Program-made: the position numbers and the translations under genes | The notes under the pieces: generated by a model | The model's input: the letters and a program-made list of their open reading frames with translations, nothing else | Databases searched by the model: none | Told to the model about the DNA's origin: nothing | Part shown: positions 23,202 to 35,382 of the stretch, in pieces | Position numbering within the stretch: the first letter of the stretch is position 1 | Layout of the letters: the number at the start of each line of letters is the position of its first letter | Assembly (NCBI GenBank): GCA_964019335.1 | Contig: OZ025747.1 | Location: forward strand, 62,001 to 126,000 | Source of the DNA: Diplonema japonicum | Taxonomy: Eukaryota; Protista; Euglenozoa: Diplonemea | Length of the DNA stretch: 64,000 nucleotides | Reading direction: 5' to 3'

Positions 23202-24239
23202 ATGAAAACACCCTCGAAAACGCTGGAAATCCACGCTACGATATCAACAAGCGGGGAAGTGGTTCCCCTACTTCTCAGCGTGGGGGAAGGCGCGAGCGAA
23301 GCGATCGACGAAATCAGCCGGCAAACAGGCCTGGCGAGGGAAGGGTTGGAAATTCTGTACGAAGGCGAACACTGGGACGGGGTGTGCTCGGGGATGGCCG
23401 CGGGAGACGAAGTTGTAGTAAGGCCCAACGAACAAGTCCTGGCAGCAAACCGCCTCGCAAGCAAAAACTTCAAAAGCTACCTCGACGCTGCTAAGGCCAG
23501 CGATGTCGATGCACTCATGGACTGCCACATCGCACGTCTAAACATTGATGCTCACGACCAAGAAAGCAACATATCCGCTTTACACTATTCAGTCAAAACC
23601 GACAATAAAAACGTTCTTCAATGCCTTCTAGCCCTCAACGCAATGGTGAACATCCGCGACTCTGCAGGCAACACCCCCCTCCATGAAGCAGCTCGACACG
23701 GACGAGCGGATTTACTTCAACTTCTATATGAAGACGGTGGTCTTGTAAACACAAAAAACAATAAAGGTTACACACCTCTTCACTACGCCTGTATATCAGG
23801 TCAATCAGGGTGTATACAGCTTTTACTCGATCTTGGTGCATTGCTCGACCTTAAAACCGATATTGGTGGGTTCACACCTTTGCACTCTGCTTCTGAAAAG
23901 GGCTTTACTAGTATCGTGTCGATGTTGTGCGGGCACGGTGCGGCACCCGATGTACGAGATGATGCGGGCGATACACCTCTTCACTTGAGCGTTGCCTCAG
24001 CTCATGCTACCACAAGCTCGGTTCTTATTTCTCTTGGGGCTGATGTCAATGCGAAGAATCATAATTCTTGGACGGCTTTGACTTATGCGCGCCTCAACCA
24101 GGATGTGCCCACCATTGAGATACTGGAGTCGCAAGGTGGCCGGGCCGGGAGCTCCTGGTGCACGGGAAAGACGGTTGTTGGATTTTCCCTCATGGCTGCT
24201 GCGCTTGCGCTTGCCATGGCATTGATGATTTTTCTTTGA
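23202..24239 (+). CDS. Ankyrin-repeat protein with C-terminal membrane anchor
   Basis: About six SALH/TPLH/TAL ankyrin repeats; hydrophobic tail SLMAAALALAMALMIFL. Confidence 0.9.
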   Translation: MKTPSKTLEIHATISTSGEVVPLLLSVGEGASEAIDEISRQTGLAREGLEILYEGEHWDGVCSGMAAGDEVVVRPNEQVLAANRLASKNFKSYLDAAKASDVDALMDCHIARLNIDAHDQESNISALHYSVKTDNKNVLQCLLALNAMVNIRDSAGNTPLHEAARHGRADLLQLLYEDGGLVNTKNNKGYTPLHYACISGQSGCIQLLLDLGALLDLKTDIGGFTPLHSASEKGFTSIVSMLCGHGAAPDVRDDAGDTPLHLSVASAHATTSSVLISLGADVNAKNHNSWTALTYARLNQDVPTIEILESQGGRAGSSWCTGKTVVGFSLMAAALALAMALMIFL

Positions 24240-24801
24240 AATATCGTTTTTTTTTTCTTTTTTTTTTTTTTTTTTTCTGTTCTATAGAAGTCTCAAAAAA
24301 AAGAGGGGAAAACCTCCCCCCCCCGCTTAAAAAGAGTTAAGAGTTTAAATCAGTCATCATAACAATTAAAGAAATATAAAAAAAAATTTTTTTTTTTGTC
24401 AATGAGGCGGTTTTTTTTTCTTCTTTTTTTTTTCCAGCAGTTTTCTTTCCTTTCTTTTTTTTTATTTTTTTGGAAAAAAATAAAACAAACCAAAAAAAAA
24501 AATAAAATTAAAAAAAGTGAAGTGCAAAAAAAAATTTTTTTTGCCTGATTTTAATTCTCTACACCCCCCCCCCCTCCATCTCATCCCCAACAAAAACAAA
24601 GTAAGTCTTGACCACCCCCATCCATTTTTTTTTTTTTTACACACTATTCTATAAAAAAACAAAAAAAAACAGAGGGAGGGAGAGGTGGGCGTGGGGGGCG
24701 TGGTGAGAAGGGGGGGGGGGGAGTCGGCGGGAGGAGTAATACCACCAAAAAAAAATTTTTTTTAAAATAAAAATAAAAAAAAAATTACAAAAAAAAAAAA
24801 A

Positions 24802-27800
24802 ATGAAAATCAGCGCAAAATGGCTCATCATCGTCATGGGCTGCATAAGCACAGGCGCATCCCTCGCTGGAGGGCTCATCATGTACTACGAGGCACTCGAC
24901 ATCCTCGAAAAAACGGTAAAGGACCTGGGCCGGGCAGACGTACAATCTCTAGCACAGGAAATGGGACAATGGTTTGGCGACACCAGCGACACTCTGCTGA
25001 AATACCACGATGTCCTTACGCGATACGACAAATTTAACGGAAACTCAACAGAGTTCGAGTCTTACTTAAGAGAGACAATGGTCGCTGAGGTGTACCGCGA
25101 CAGAACAATCTCAACACTAGGGCTACGAGGATACCACCGCACCACACAAGAAATATTTTACCTGGCCTGTTGGTACGACGTCCTCCGCCAGCCAGTCGGA
25201 GGAAAATCATACGTATGGGCCGACCACTTCAGTGGAACAACGGCCCGAGCTTACAATGTCAACCCAGCTACTGCACTTGTAAACCGTACTTCACAGCTGT
25301 ACGATATAAACCTAAATGTTCGAAATGACACTGTGTTCACGGACCATCCTCTTGGAACGAGAATATGGAAGGACCAGCAGATATGGTTCGTCGACAACCC
25401 GGGTTTCGTTCCTTACAATTACATCCCGTTTTTGATGACATTTGAGCTTCCTAATCACAGCGTTCTTGACGAGTACAATTTGATTCTTGCGGTGGACATG
25501 ATGACAGACCAGTGGGGGGATTTGCTAGACAATCATTCAACACCCGCCAGTATCGTCATCACGCAGGTCAACAAGGGTCAGGATTCGTCGGTGTTGACCG
25601 GAAACTTCCTTGAAACACGAGTGAACGCGTCAAAGCTGAACCCGTCTCCTGTTGTCGTCCGCGATCTCGGCGTGTTCAGCGATCTCATCATGACCCTTGA
25701 AAGCAAGCAGCCCGACGTTGTCGAACGCGCATCGAACTATTGGATGATGAAATCCCGTATTTACGAACAACAACCTGCGGACGACATGGCGTCGATTTAC
25801 CTAATGTGGTTCAGATCTGTCAACTCGATAAACTCGCAGATGAACAGAGCACTCTGGATGCTTATCGCGTTTGTGTTGGGGATATTTCTCTTCGACACGT
25901 CTCTCGGGATCGGCGAGGTTTTGCTCATAGCACAACCCTTGGCCATTCTCGCAGACACGACTGTTCCCATGACAAAGTTTGACCTTGACGCAGCGGAGAG
26001 AATAATAGCTAGTTCCCGTACATCAAACTGTTTCAGTATAAAAGAAGTGACGCATGTCAGGGAGGGTATAGAGTTTGCCTTGGAGAGTCTGCAGGAATAC
26101 AAGACGTTCTTGCCGCGGACGATTTTTTATTCAGAATCGGATATGGACACTATTTCGTCGCATGTCCCGGTCCCTGGACGTTCTGGTGTCTGCGCCATCG
26201 TCTTCACCGACATACAGTCGTCCACAGCAACATGGGAACAATGTCCCAACGGGATGCGGACCGCACTACACCTCCACAATAAAGTGTTAAGAAGATGTCT
26301 CGACGCTCACAACGGTTACGAGGTGAAGACAATCGGCGACGCGTTCATGGTTGCCTTTGAAGGTGTTGCCGATGCGTGCAATTTCGGCCTAGCATCTCAA
26401 TTAGAACTACAAGCCGCCGATTGGCCTGAAGAAATCCTCGCATTACCACAATGTTCATGCGACGAAGATCTCTGGGCAGGCCCGAGGGTCCGTATCGGTG
26501 TACACTACGGTGAGGTCGACGTTGAAATGAACTCGATCACTGGGCGGTACGATTTCTTCGGGCAGACGGTGAACAAAGCCGCAAGAGTTGAAGGAGTATG
26601 CGCAGGAGGTGCCGTCGCAGTCACAAGAGAAGTCCTCGACAAATTAGGCGCGAACCCTCTGACATCCCCATTACGTCCTGAAACACAATCCGCTGTTTTA
26701 TCAGAACTGCTTGACACACCCATCGCCATCAGCATGGGCATGAGAACTCTACGCGGCGTAGCTGGATCGTCACTTTTAACAGCACTGGTACCGGACAAAT
26801 TAAAAGGAAGACGGAAGTCGATCGAAACAGAAATTCGAAACACCAACGCAACGCCCATTGAAAGGGAAAGAGACGCTGCTGTTGGGATAGACTCCGAGTC
26901 CCGTTCGAACAGAGCCGAGGATGAAATGGCGGCGCTGGGAATCACATCTGCAAGCAGCGCATCTGCCGCCAGCGTATCAAGCGCTTCGGTATGGAGCAGA
27001 GCAAGATCCACAGCATTGTCAAACCCTTTGAGGGAACGCCTTGACAAAGTCGCAAGCTTAACTGTCGCAAGGGTTGACTTAAAGTTTGTCATGAACATTG
27101 TGGAAGAGCCCGACGACCCTTTAGGTTTGATAACAGAGGAGTACGGGAAGGTTCTAGGTTGTATAGAAAGATGCGAAGGGGTGCTGATGACAGCGTACGG
27201 GAGCACCTTCCTCACCACATGGAACGCGTCGAAACGTTGTTCCGCGCATCTTCGAAATGCTTTGCGGTTTGTCACATTGTTGCGAAGCAGGTTTGCAAAC
27301 AGCCAAACCGAAGCTTTTGCCGGTGTTTGTACAGGAACCTGTTTGGTCGGGAACGTCAGTGTCGGTCTGGGGATACGAACATCTACTGTGATCGGCCCTG
27401 TTATGAATTTGACAGCTTACTTAACGGATTCCGCTGTTGATTTCAGCCTCCCGGCTTTGTTTTGTTCGTTAGTTCCACGTCCAGCCATCGGGATAAAGAC
27501 ATTCATCAGGCCTATCGACGAATGGGAGGTGAAATGCCGTCTTATCCAGCCTACCGTTGTTGTGTATGAGATTCGAATGTTTAACTTGGAGGACTCGTTG
27601 GTCGATTTGATCCTTGGAGATTGTGGAGGCGATAGCAATGTTGCTGGCACCGCGTTTTCTTGGGGTTGGTCCGAAGCCTATTACAAAGCTTTTTATGAGA
27701 AATCGTTTGAAAAAATCCGCGCACAGGCTTCGACAGACCCTATCTTGAAGATAGTGGCGGAGATGATACAGAGTAATAAACATTTAAGACGCCCTGTTAA

Positions 27801-27807
27801 GCTTTGA
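24802..27807 (+). CDS. Receptor-type class III adenylate cyclase
   Basis: Two TM segments flank an extracellular domain. Catalytic domain IVFTDIQSST, YEVKTIGDAFM, RVRIGVHYG, YDFFGQTVNKAARVE; second degenerate cyclase-like domain at the C-terminus. Confidence 0.92.
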   Translation: MKISAKWLIIVMGCISTGASLAGGLIMYYEALDILEKTVKDLGRADVQSLAQEMGQWFGDTSDTLLKYHDVLTRYDKFNGNSTEFESYLRETMVAEVYRDRTISTLGLRGYHRTTQEIFYLACWYDVLRQPVGGKSYVWADHFSGTTARAYNVNPATALVNRTSQLYDINLNVRNDTVFTDHPLGTRIWKDQQIWFVDNPGFVPYNYIPFLMTFELPNHSVLDEYNLILAVDMMTDQWGDLLDNHSTPASIVITQVNKGQDSSVLTGNFLETRVNASKLNPSPVVVRDLGVFSDLIMTLESKQPDVVERASNYWMMKSRIYEQQPADDMASIYLMWFRSVNSINSQMNRALWMLIAFVLGIFLFDTSLGIGEVLLIAQPLAILADTTVPMTKFDLDAAERIIASSRTSNCFSIKEVTHVREGIEFALESLQEYKTFLPRTIFYSESDMDTISSHVPVPGRSGVCAIVFTDIQSSTATWEQCPNGMRTALHLHNKVLRRCLDAHNGYEVKTIGDAFMVAFEGVADACNFGLASQLELQAADWPEEILALPQCSCDEDLWAGPRVRIGVHYGEVDVEMNSITGRYDFFGQTVNKAARVEGVCAGGAVAVTREVLDKLGANPLTSPLRPETQSAVLSELLDTPIAISMGMRTLRGVAGSSLLTALVPDKLKGRRKSIETEIRNTNATPIERERDAAVGIDSESRSNRAEDEMAALGITSASSASAASVSSASVWSRARSTALSNPLRERLDKVASLTVARVDLKFVMNIVEEPDDPLGLITEEYGKVLGCIERCEGVLMTAYGSTFLTTWNASKRCSAHLRNALRFVTLLRSRFANSQTEAFAGVCTGTCLVGNVSVGLGIRTSTVIGPVMNLTAYLTDSAVDFSLPALFCSLVPRPAIGIKTFIRPIDEWEVKCRLIQPTVVVYEIRMFNLEDSLVDLILGDCGGDSNVAGTAFSWGWSEAYYKAFYEKSFEKIRAQASTDPILKIVAEMIQSNKHLRRPVKL

Positions 27808-30800
27808 TGCAATGAGGGGAGGGAAAAAAAAGGGGGGGGGGTGATTGTTTTTTTTTAAAATTATTATTTAGTCTTTTTTTTTAAGTCCCTCTCCCATCCC
27901 TTTTTTTGACACCAGCAGAAAAAAAAAAAAACAAAAATTGAAATCGAAATTTATACTAAAGGGTGTGTGTTAGACGATACCTCCCCTTAAGCGAGTCAAA
28001 AAAAAAAATTAAAAATAAAAAAGCGAAAATGTATTTCTTTTCTTTTCTTTTTTTTGGGGGGGGTCGAATAGTAGATGAGGTGTCACATGCTGCAGGTTCT
28101 CTTTAAGGACACTTTTTTTTTTTTGATTTTGCTCTGTCATCGAAACCATTATTAATGGCGCAAAAGAAGGCAAAAGGGGGTGGACCCAACTCCTTTATTA
28201 ATTCTTTTTTGGAGGGGGTAGAAACACCTTACCTTTCCTTAACACAGGTCAAAAAAAAAAGAAAAATAAAAATAAAACCTTCTCTTTTCTCTTCATTTCC
28301 TTTTTTTTTTTTTTTTTTTTTTTTTTGGAGGGGATTAATGCTCACAAGCATGCAAAATGGGACATACGGCAACCCGTGTTGCATCGAGTCTTTTTTTTTT
28401 TTTTATTCTCCATCCCACATTTTTTTTGTTCTATCCCTTTTTTTATTTTAAAAAAAATGCATAAAATTCAAAATATTGGTAAGTTCAAGTCAACAAGCTG
28501 TCTCCCCCCCCCCCCCCCCCCCCCCTCCTTTCAAGAAGGTGTTTGCCCTTTTCCTGCACGTACTGAATTAAGGGAGGGGGGAAAAAAAAGGGAGAAAAAA
28601 AAGATGCAAACATACCACTACGTGGGGGAAAAAAAAAAAAAAAAAAAGGCCTTCCCATAAGCAAAAGTGAGAAAACCATTTTTTTCGACGCCACGTATCT
28701 CTAAAGCGGGCTGCAGCGGATGATTTACGAAGAATCTTCCAAAAAAAAAAAAAAAAAAAAAAAAGTCCTTTCCTGCTTATCTTCCTAGTTTAACTTCTTT
28801 ATTTGTTCTTTCACGGTGTTTTCAATGGGCCCCTCCTATTATTATTATTATTATTATTATTTTTTCCTTGACTTGACGCATTGTATCTCTAGAAACCTGT
28901 TTTTTATATTTTTTTTAATTGCTGTTGGAAAAAAAAAAAGAAAAGAAAAGAAAAGAAAGAAAAGAAAAGAAGAAAAAAAAATGGCGGGAATGAACTCAGA
29001 TTGTTCTTTAGTGTAGTGAAAACTCGCCTGTTTTTTTTTTTTTTTTTTTTTTCTCCCTTCTTCTTTATCAACTTTTCAGCCGGCCTTTGGAAACAAGCCC
29101 CCTTAGAGCCAGCTTCGGACTTTGCTTAACGAGTCTTAGAGAAATGGAGCATGTTTCTTTTTTTTTTTCTAATTCTAGTTGAGAGCAATTTGTTTTGCTC
29201 GGTGCGGGGGAGAGGGAGAGGAACGATTTTTTTCTCTTTTTTTTTTCCCTTTTAAAACTGCGCTAGAGGGCTTTCCCATTGATAGTTGAAGAAGAAAGAA
29301 GAAATATAAAAAAAAAAAAGGAAGGAAGGGCAAACACACCTTCGCATTGTTTTTTTTTTTTTTCCTTCCCAGTAACTGCACAAAAAAAAAAGGAAAAAAA
29401 AAAAAAAAGAGGGAAGACGCTTTTTTCATCAGTGAGTTTTAATTTATTTCTGTTATAGTTTTTTTTTTGTAACTCATAAGGGGCCGCTGCTCCTTACCGT
29501 TAGAAAAAAAGAATATTTCAAAACGTTCATGGTTTTGTGTGTGTGTTTTTTTTTTTTTTTTTTGCTTTATTGTATTTTTTTTTAATCTGTTGCGGTTCTA
29601 TTTATGGGTTTAAAAAAAAGATTATATGTGCCACCCTCCACACCACCCCACCCTTATTTTTTTTTCTTTCTGTTTCTAGCAAACAATCCCGGAAAGTCCA
29701 GGGGAAAAAAAAATGCTGATGTGGAAGTGGGAGGATGAAAAAAAATTCTTTATTTTCTTTATTATTCCCGCTCCCACCTCCTTTTTTTTTTAAAAAATGT
29801 CTCTTTTTTTTTTCTTCGGAAAAGAAAAAATAATAATAATAACACCAATATCCCCCCCACCCCTCTTCTCTTTTTAATAATTCGGGGTATCGGGCTGCTA
29901 TTGGCCAACATCCCCACGAGAGAAGAAAAAAAAAATCTTTTTTTCTTCTTTTTTTTTGGGAACCGATGGGTTGCTGTTAATACTTCTCCCCCGTCATAGT
30001 ACTCTGTTATACTTTTTTTCTTCTTTTTTTATAGTTTCTTACGCTCTTGCCGAGCCATTGGAACATTTTTTATTTTTTCGCACGAGTGGGGGGGGAGGGG
30101 GGGGGGGGGGGGAGCGCAACCAGAGCAATGGAATCAGGCTCAACGGATCGTATTGGCGGCGGTGACGGATTTATTCGTCAAAGGCTTAAAGAAAGAGGGG
30201 GGGGGGGGGGGGGACGGGGGGAAAAAAGGTTACGCTGACACATTAAATGGCGCTTTTTTTAATATTTTTCTCCCCCCCCTTCTGCACATTCATCTCCGTT
30301 ATATCCCCTCCCCCCCTCTCCCCCCAAGGCATGGCGTTCAGCTGCTTTTTTTTTTCCCGCAAAACGAATTCATTTTTGCATGTTCTCGCATCGTATCATA
30401 CTGTGGCCTGCGGGGGGAAAAAAAAAAAGTCGCAAGAAAAAAAAATAATGGCAGTTTTTCTATCATTAAAAAGCGGTTTTTTTTCGTAAGGGGGGGGGGG
30501 AATATATATATAAACATGAATCGTTTTGCGGGAAGAAAAAAAAAAACTGTATGCCCTGGAAAAAAAAAAAAGAAAAATGCGAAAACTATGCGAGAAAAAA
30601 AAACATTTCGCTTCACTAGTATGGGGGGGGGAGGGGGGTCATCAGGAGGGTTAACAAACAGAATTTTTCGGTTTCGCAAAAAAAAAAAGGGGGCAACCTG
30701 AAAACCCGAAAATCTGACACGTATGTTGCTAACATGTTCTAGCCCGGTTCGGGGCCCGGTGGTGCGTTAAATCGACATTTTAATTAAAGCAATATTTTTT

Positions 30801-31423
30801 GTTTTTGTTTCGGTCGGGAAAAGTACTCTCCAACCTGCTGGGACGCTAGTAGGAGCCATTGCAAAGTGAGAGATACCCAGTACTGACCATACCCCCTTCC
30901 CCTTTTTAGGGCATCTTGCATGTTAATTTGAATTTTTTGTACCCTCTTTAGGTGTCGGTGTGGTACCAAATCACCCGGTTCTTACACTCTTTAGCCAAAA
31001 TTCGCGTTTGAAAGTTGTAGGGAATTAAAAAAAAATATAAAATAAAAATAAAATAAAAAAACGCTACTTTGTTAGCGTTTTAAAGGCCCTTTTGACCACC
31101 CCCCCCCCCAACCTTTCTACCGTTGACTTTTCTAGTTCAACATTAAGCTTGCACCTTGTCTCCAATCCCCCCTTGTTCTTTTTTCATTTTATTTTATTTT
31201 ATTTTCTTTCATGCTTTCACACCGTGCACCCAATATTGCCTTTTTTCGTTTTTTTTTTCTTTCCCCCCCCCTCCTCCTTTCCCCCATTCAGGTTCTATTT
31301 GTTGTCTTATTTTTATTTTTTATTTTTATTTTTTTTGTTGTTGGCTTGGTGTCCTTGTTTCCAAAAAAAAAAAAAAGAGCGGGGCAGCGAAGAAAAAAAA
31401 AAAAAAAAAAAAGAAAAAAAAAG

Positions 31424-32388
31424 ATGTCGGAGGCAAAAAAGCAAGTCCCGCTCTCAAGGGGTGTGTCTTTCACAACAGCAGGGATGGGGGGGATAGGGGC
31501 ATGGTGGTTGGTGCACCCCTTCAACACTCTTGCTGTTAGAATGTCCTTAGCAAACACCTCCGGGTCGAGCACAGGCTCGCTGGTCCCCTTCGCAAAGGAA
31601 ATCGTGCGCAAGGAAGGAGTGGGTGCTTTGTACAAAGGGATCGGTGCAGGGACCTTGAGGCAGGTCTTCTACGCTACGTCTCGCTTCGGGCTTTTTGAAG
31701 TCTTCAGGGACATGATCACCGACTACCGCGGTATGAAGGACGTGGATTTCTTAACAAGGTTGGTGGCTGGTTCCACTTCAGGCGGGTGTGCAGCATTGAT
31801 CTCCTGCCCGGCTGAGGTGTCCCTGGTGAGGATGTCGAACGATTCGTCCCTTCCTGTGTCCGAGCGAAGGAACTACAAAAATGTTTTTGACGCTTTCAGG
31901 AGAACCGCTGCTGAAGAGGGTATCGGGGCGTTCTGGAGGGGTTCCACCCCTTTCTGCACGAGGTGCGTTATTGTAGGTTGCTTTCAAGTTGCCACATACG
32001 ACCAATTCAAACAAATGTTCAAGAATAATTTCGGGCTTGAAACCTCTAGCATTGCCAATGTGGCGTTGTCGGCCAACCTTGCTTCCTTGATTTACTCGGT
32101 ATGAAAAAAAAAATATGGAGGGGGAAAGAAAAAAAAAAAAATCAGTTGATTACAATGCCCCTTGAAACGGCGAAGAATCGCATGGCTTTCCAGAAGCCTG
32201 ACGCCAGTGGGGTACTTCCCTACAGAAGCGCCATCCAGACGATGACCACCGTGGCAAGGAGTGAGGGGACACTTGCCTTGTGGAACGGGTACCTGCCTTA
32301 CTACGGCAGGTGCGGGGGGCACACGGTGGGGATGTTCATCTTGGTGGAGCAGCTGAGGTCGTTGTACAGAAATGTTTACGATCTGTGA
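31424..32388 (+). CDS. Mitochondrial 2-oxoglutarate/malate (dicarboxylate) carrier (exons 31424-32098, 32146-32388)
   Basis: Three Px[DE]xx[KR]xR-type carrier signatures (HPFNTLAVRM, CPAEVSLVRM, MPLETAKNRM), LRQVFYATSRFG, RRNYKNVFDA; 47-nt intron. Confidence 0.9.
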
Positions 32389-32699
32389 TAACAGGGTGTT
32401 TCTTTTTTTTTTTTTTTTTTTTTTCTTTCTTTTTTTTTTTTTTTTTTTTTTTTTACGTGGATGTTGTTTTGGAAAAAAAAAAAAAAAAAGATTGCCCTCA
32501 TGTCCCTAACTTCAGAGTAGGAAAAAAAAAAAATATAAAAAAAAATGTAATTTTCTATCAGTCTCGAGGTTGGGTGGTAAAGAAATGAAACAAAAAAAAG
32601 GGGAGGGGGTTGGAAAGAAAAAAGTTCAAGATTAAAAAAAAAATAGGATGAATATCTTCTTTTTTTCTCTTTTTTCTGTGGGGGGGGGAAGGACTTGTC

Positions 32700-33261
32700 A
32701 TGTGTCGTTGTGTTGATTCTTTTTGTGGACCCTGCCCAATACCATGCCCCGAAACACAGAACGAGTGCCCTGAGGCCCCAATGCGACGCGACAGTACCTT
32801 CTGGGACCATTTCCCCGCAACGTGCGGTGCAAGCATTGCAAGTCGAAAAGACCCCTATTTCAGTGTTCAGCCTGCTTGGTACAACTTTGCGTGACTCCGG
32901 GCTTCAAAGACTACCACCTTGCCGGGGATACCCCCAAGAAACCCCTCTCGGGGTCAAAAAAAAAGTCCCCCAGCCCTGGGGCACGTACGAACCTAGTCGA
33001 GAAGGCCTTAAATAGCTTTTTATAGAATTTTACAGTCGATTTTTTTTGACTTGTTTTTTGTACCCCCTCTCGAGCACTTCGGGAACGATATTTTTGACAA
33101 TGTTGTGGGGGTGGGCCCTGCTGTGGGCACTCTCTCTCTAGAATAGGGACACTGGAGGCATTTCCGGGGGCATATAGCCCCAGCGTTGCGCTAGAATAGT
33201 TTTTTTTTGAAGTTTTGAAAATTTACCCCCTGGTGGGCAAAAATGGTCCGTTGGTAGATGG
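32700..33261 (+). mobile_element. piggyBac remnant: transposase C-terminal Cys-rich domain plus right end (family A)
   Basis: RCKHCKSKRPLFQCSACLVQLCVTPGFKDYH (~32820-32917) matches the piggyBac C-terminal cysteine-rich pattern. Ends CGTTGGTAGATGG|TTAA (TTAA at 33262-33265). Left boundary is approximate. Confidence 0.8.
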
Positions 33262-33718
33262 TTAATCCGTGTTTTTTTTATTTGTGCCATCCGCCCCTTC
33301 CCCCCCCTTTTATTTTTGGAAGGAAAACAACCAGAAGAAGTGAATAGATATTTATTTTTTTAGTACAAAAAAAAAAAAAAAACCGATTTCCGCCTTCTTT
33401 TCTTTATTATTTGGTGGTCGTATCACTTATACCTTTCTTTCGTTCGTGAAGGGTTTCTTCTTCTTTTTTTTTTAATATCTTTTTTCTTTTTTCTTTCTTC
33501 TTAAAACTTTCCATTCCCCTCCCCCCTCCGAGGAGTGTGGGAGATAACAGTTCGCCATTTTCATTGCCTTGTCTCCTACAGCTTTTTTTTCCCCCCTTCC
33601 GTTAGCTTTACCCCACCCCGCTCACCCACCAGTTCTTTTCTTAAATAATTTTTACGTATAAGACAACCTCCTCATATCACAGAAAAAAAAAAAAAAAAAA
33701 AAAAAAGAAGCCGCAAAG

Positions 33719-34788
33719 ATGCAGAACATCCGCAGGGTGCCGATGATCATCAACGGGAAGCTCCGCCAGTCGGAGACGAACAACTGGATCGAGGTGCACG
33801 ACCCGGCGACGAACGAGGTGATCGCCCTGACGCCCGAGTCGACGCAGAGCGAGATGGACGAGGCGACGGAGAGCTGCGAGAAGGCGTTCAAGGAGTGGCG
33901 GGAGGTGTCGGTGTCGAACAGGATGCGGGTGATGCTGAGGTACCAGCAGCTGATCAGGGACCACACGGCGGAGATCCAGAACGCGATCACGGAGGAGCAG
34001 GGGAAGACCTTGGACGACGCGAAGGGAGACCTGTTCCGAGGGCTGGAGATCGTGGAGCACGCGTGCAGCGCGCCGTCCCTCATCATGGGGGAGACGGTGG
34101 GGAACGTGTCGGCGCACATGGACACGTACAGCTACCGCCAGCCGCTCGGAGTGGCGGCGGGGATCTGCCCCTTCAACTTCCCAGCGATGATCCCTCTGTG
34201 GATGTACCCGATGGCGCTGGTGTCGGGGAACAGCTTCCTCCTGAAGCCTTCTGAGAGGGACCCGACAGCGGCGGTGATTCTGTCGCAGCTGGCGCACGAA
34301 GCCGGAGTCCCTGCCGGTGTGCTGAACGTGATCCACGGGTCGAAGGACGCGGTGAACTACATCTGCGACGCCCCCGCCATCAAGGCGATCTCCTTCGTGG
34401 GCTCCAACCAGGCGGGGGAGTACATCCACGCCAGGGGGAGCGCCAACGGGAAGAGGGTGCAGGCGAACCTCGGGGCGAAGAACCACGCCGTCATCATGGA
34501 GGACGCCTCGAAGGACCACGCCGTGAACTCCCTGATCGGGGCCTCCATGGGGGCTGCGGGGCAGAGGTGCATGGCCCTCTCCGTCGCCATCTTCGTCGGG
34601 AAGTCGCAGGAGTGGATCCAAGACGTGGTCGAGAGGACCAAGTCCTCCCTCACCATGGGGCCCGGGAAGCAGAAGGGTGTCGACGTGGGGCCTCTCATCT
34701 CCCCCGGCGCTCGCGACCGTGCTTTCGAGCTCATCCAGTCTGCTGCTGACCAGGGTGCTACCATTGCACTTGATGGGAGGGAGGTATG

Positions 34789-34829
<41 letters not shown>

Positions 34830-35382
34830 AGTGCACGCCCCCTGCAGGCTGCGAGAAGGGGAACTGGCTTGGGCCCACCGTCATCACCAACGTCACCCCC
34901 GACATGAGGTGCTACACTGAGGAGATCTTCGCACCTGTTCTCTGCATCATGGTATGCATACTATATTACACCACACCACACCACATACCACACACCACAC
35001 ACCACAGTCTGCGGAGACCCTTGACGACGCCCTGAACATCATCAACAACAACCCCTACGGCAACGGAACAGCCATCTTCACCTCCAGCGGGGCGGCCGCC
35101 AGGAAGTTCCAGCACGAGGTGGACGCAGGGCAGATTGGGATCAACGTGCCCATCCCCGTCCCCCTCCCCATGTTCTCCTTCACTGGGTCCCGTGCCTCCA
35201 TCCGTGGGGACATCAACTTCTACGGGAAGCAGGCCATCCAGTTCTACACCAGCTGGAAGACCATCACGTCCAACTGGAACCCCGCCTTCGTCAACACTGG
35301 TGCCACGGTATGGATGGGAGTAAGGGGGCAGAAATATCTAACACAACAACAGGTCAACATGCCCATCCTCGGTCAGAAGTGA
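33719..35382 (+). CDS. ALDH6A1: Methylmalonate-semialdehyde dehydrogenase (exons 33719-34783, 34832-34951, 35008-35307, 35353-35382)
   Basis: [29 protein letters not shown], catalytic [23 protein letters not shown]; three phase-0 GTATG..CAG introns. Confidence 0.95.

Noticed and set aside
33677-34621. Long antisense ORF over ALDH6A1 (and similar ones over the LINE and the cyclase)
   Set aside because: Shadow frames caused by GC3-rich codon usage of the sense gene.
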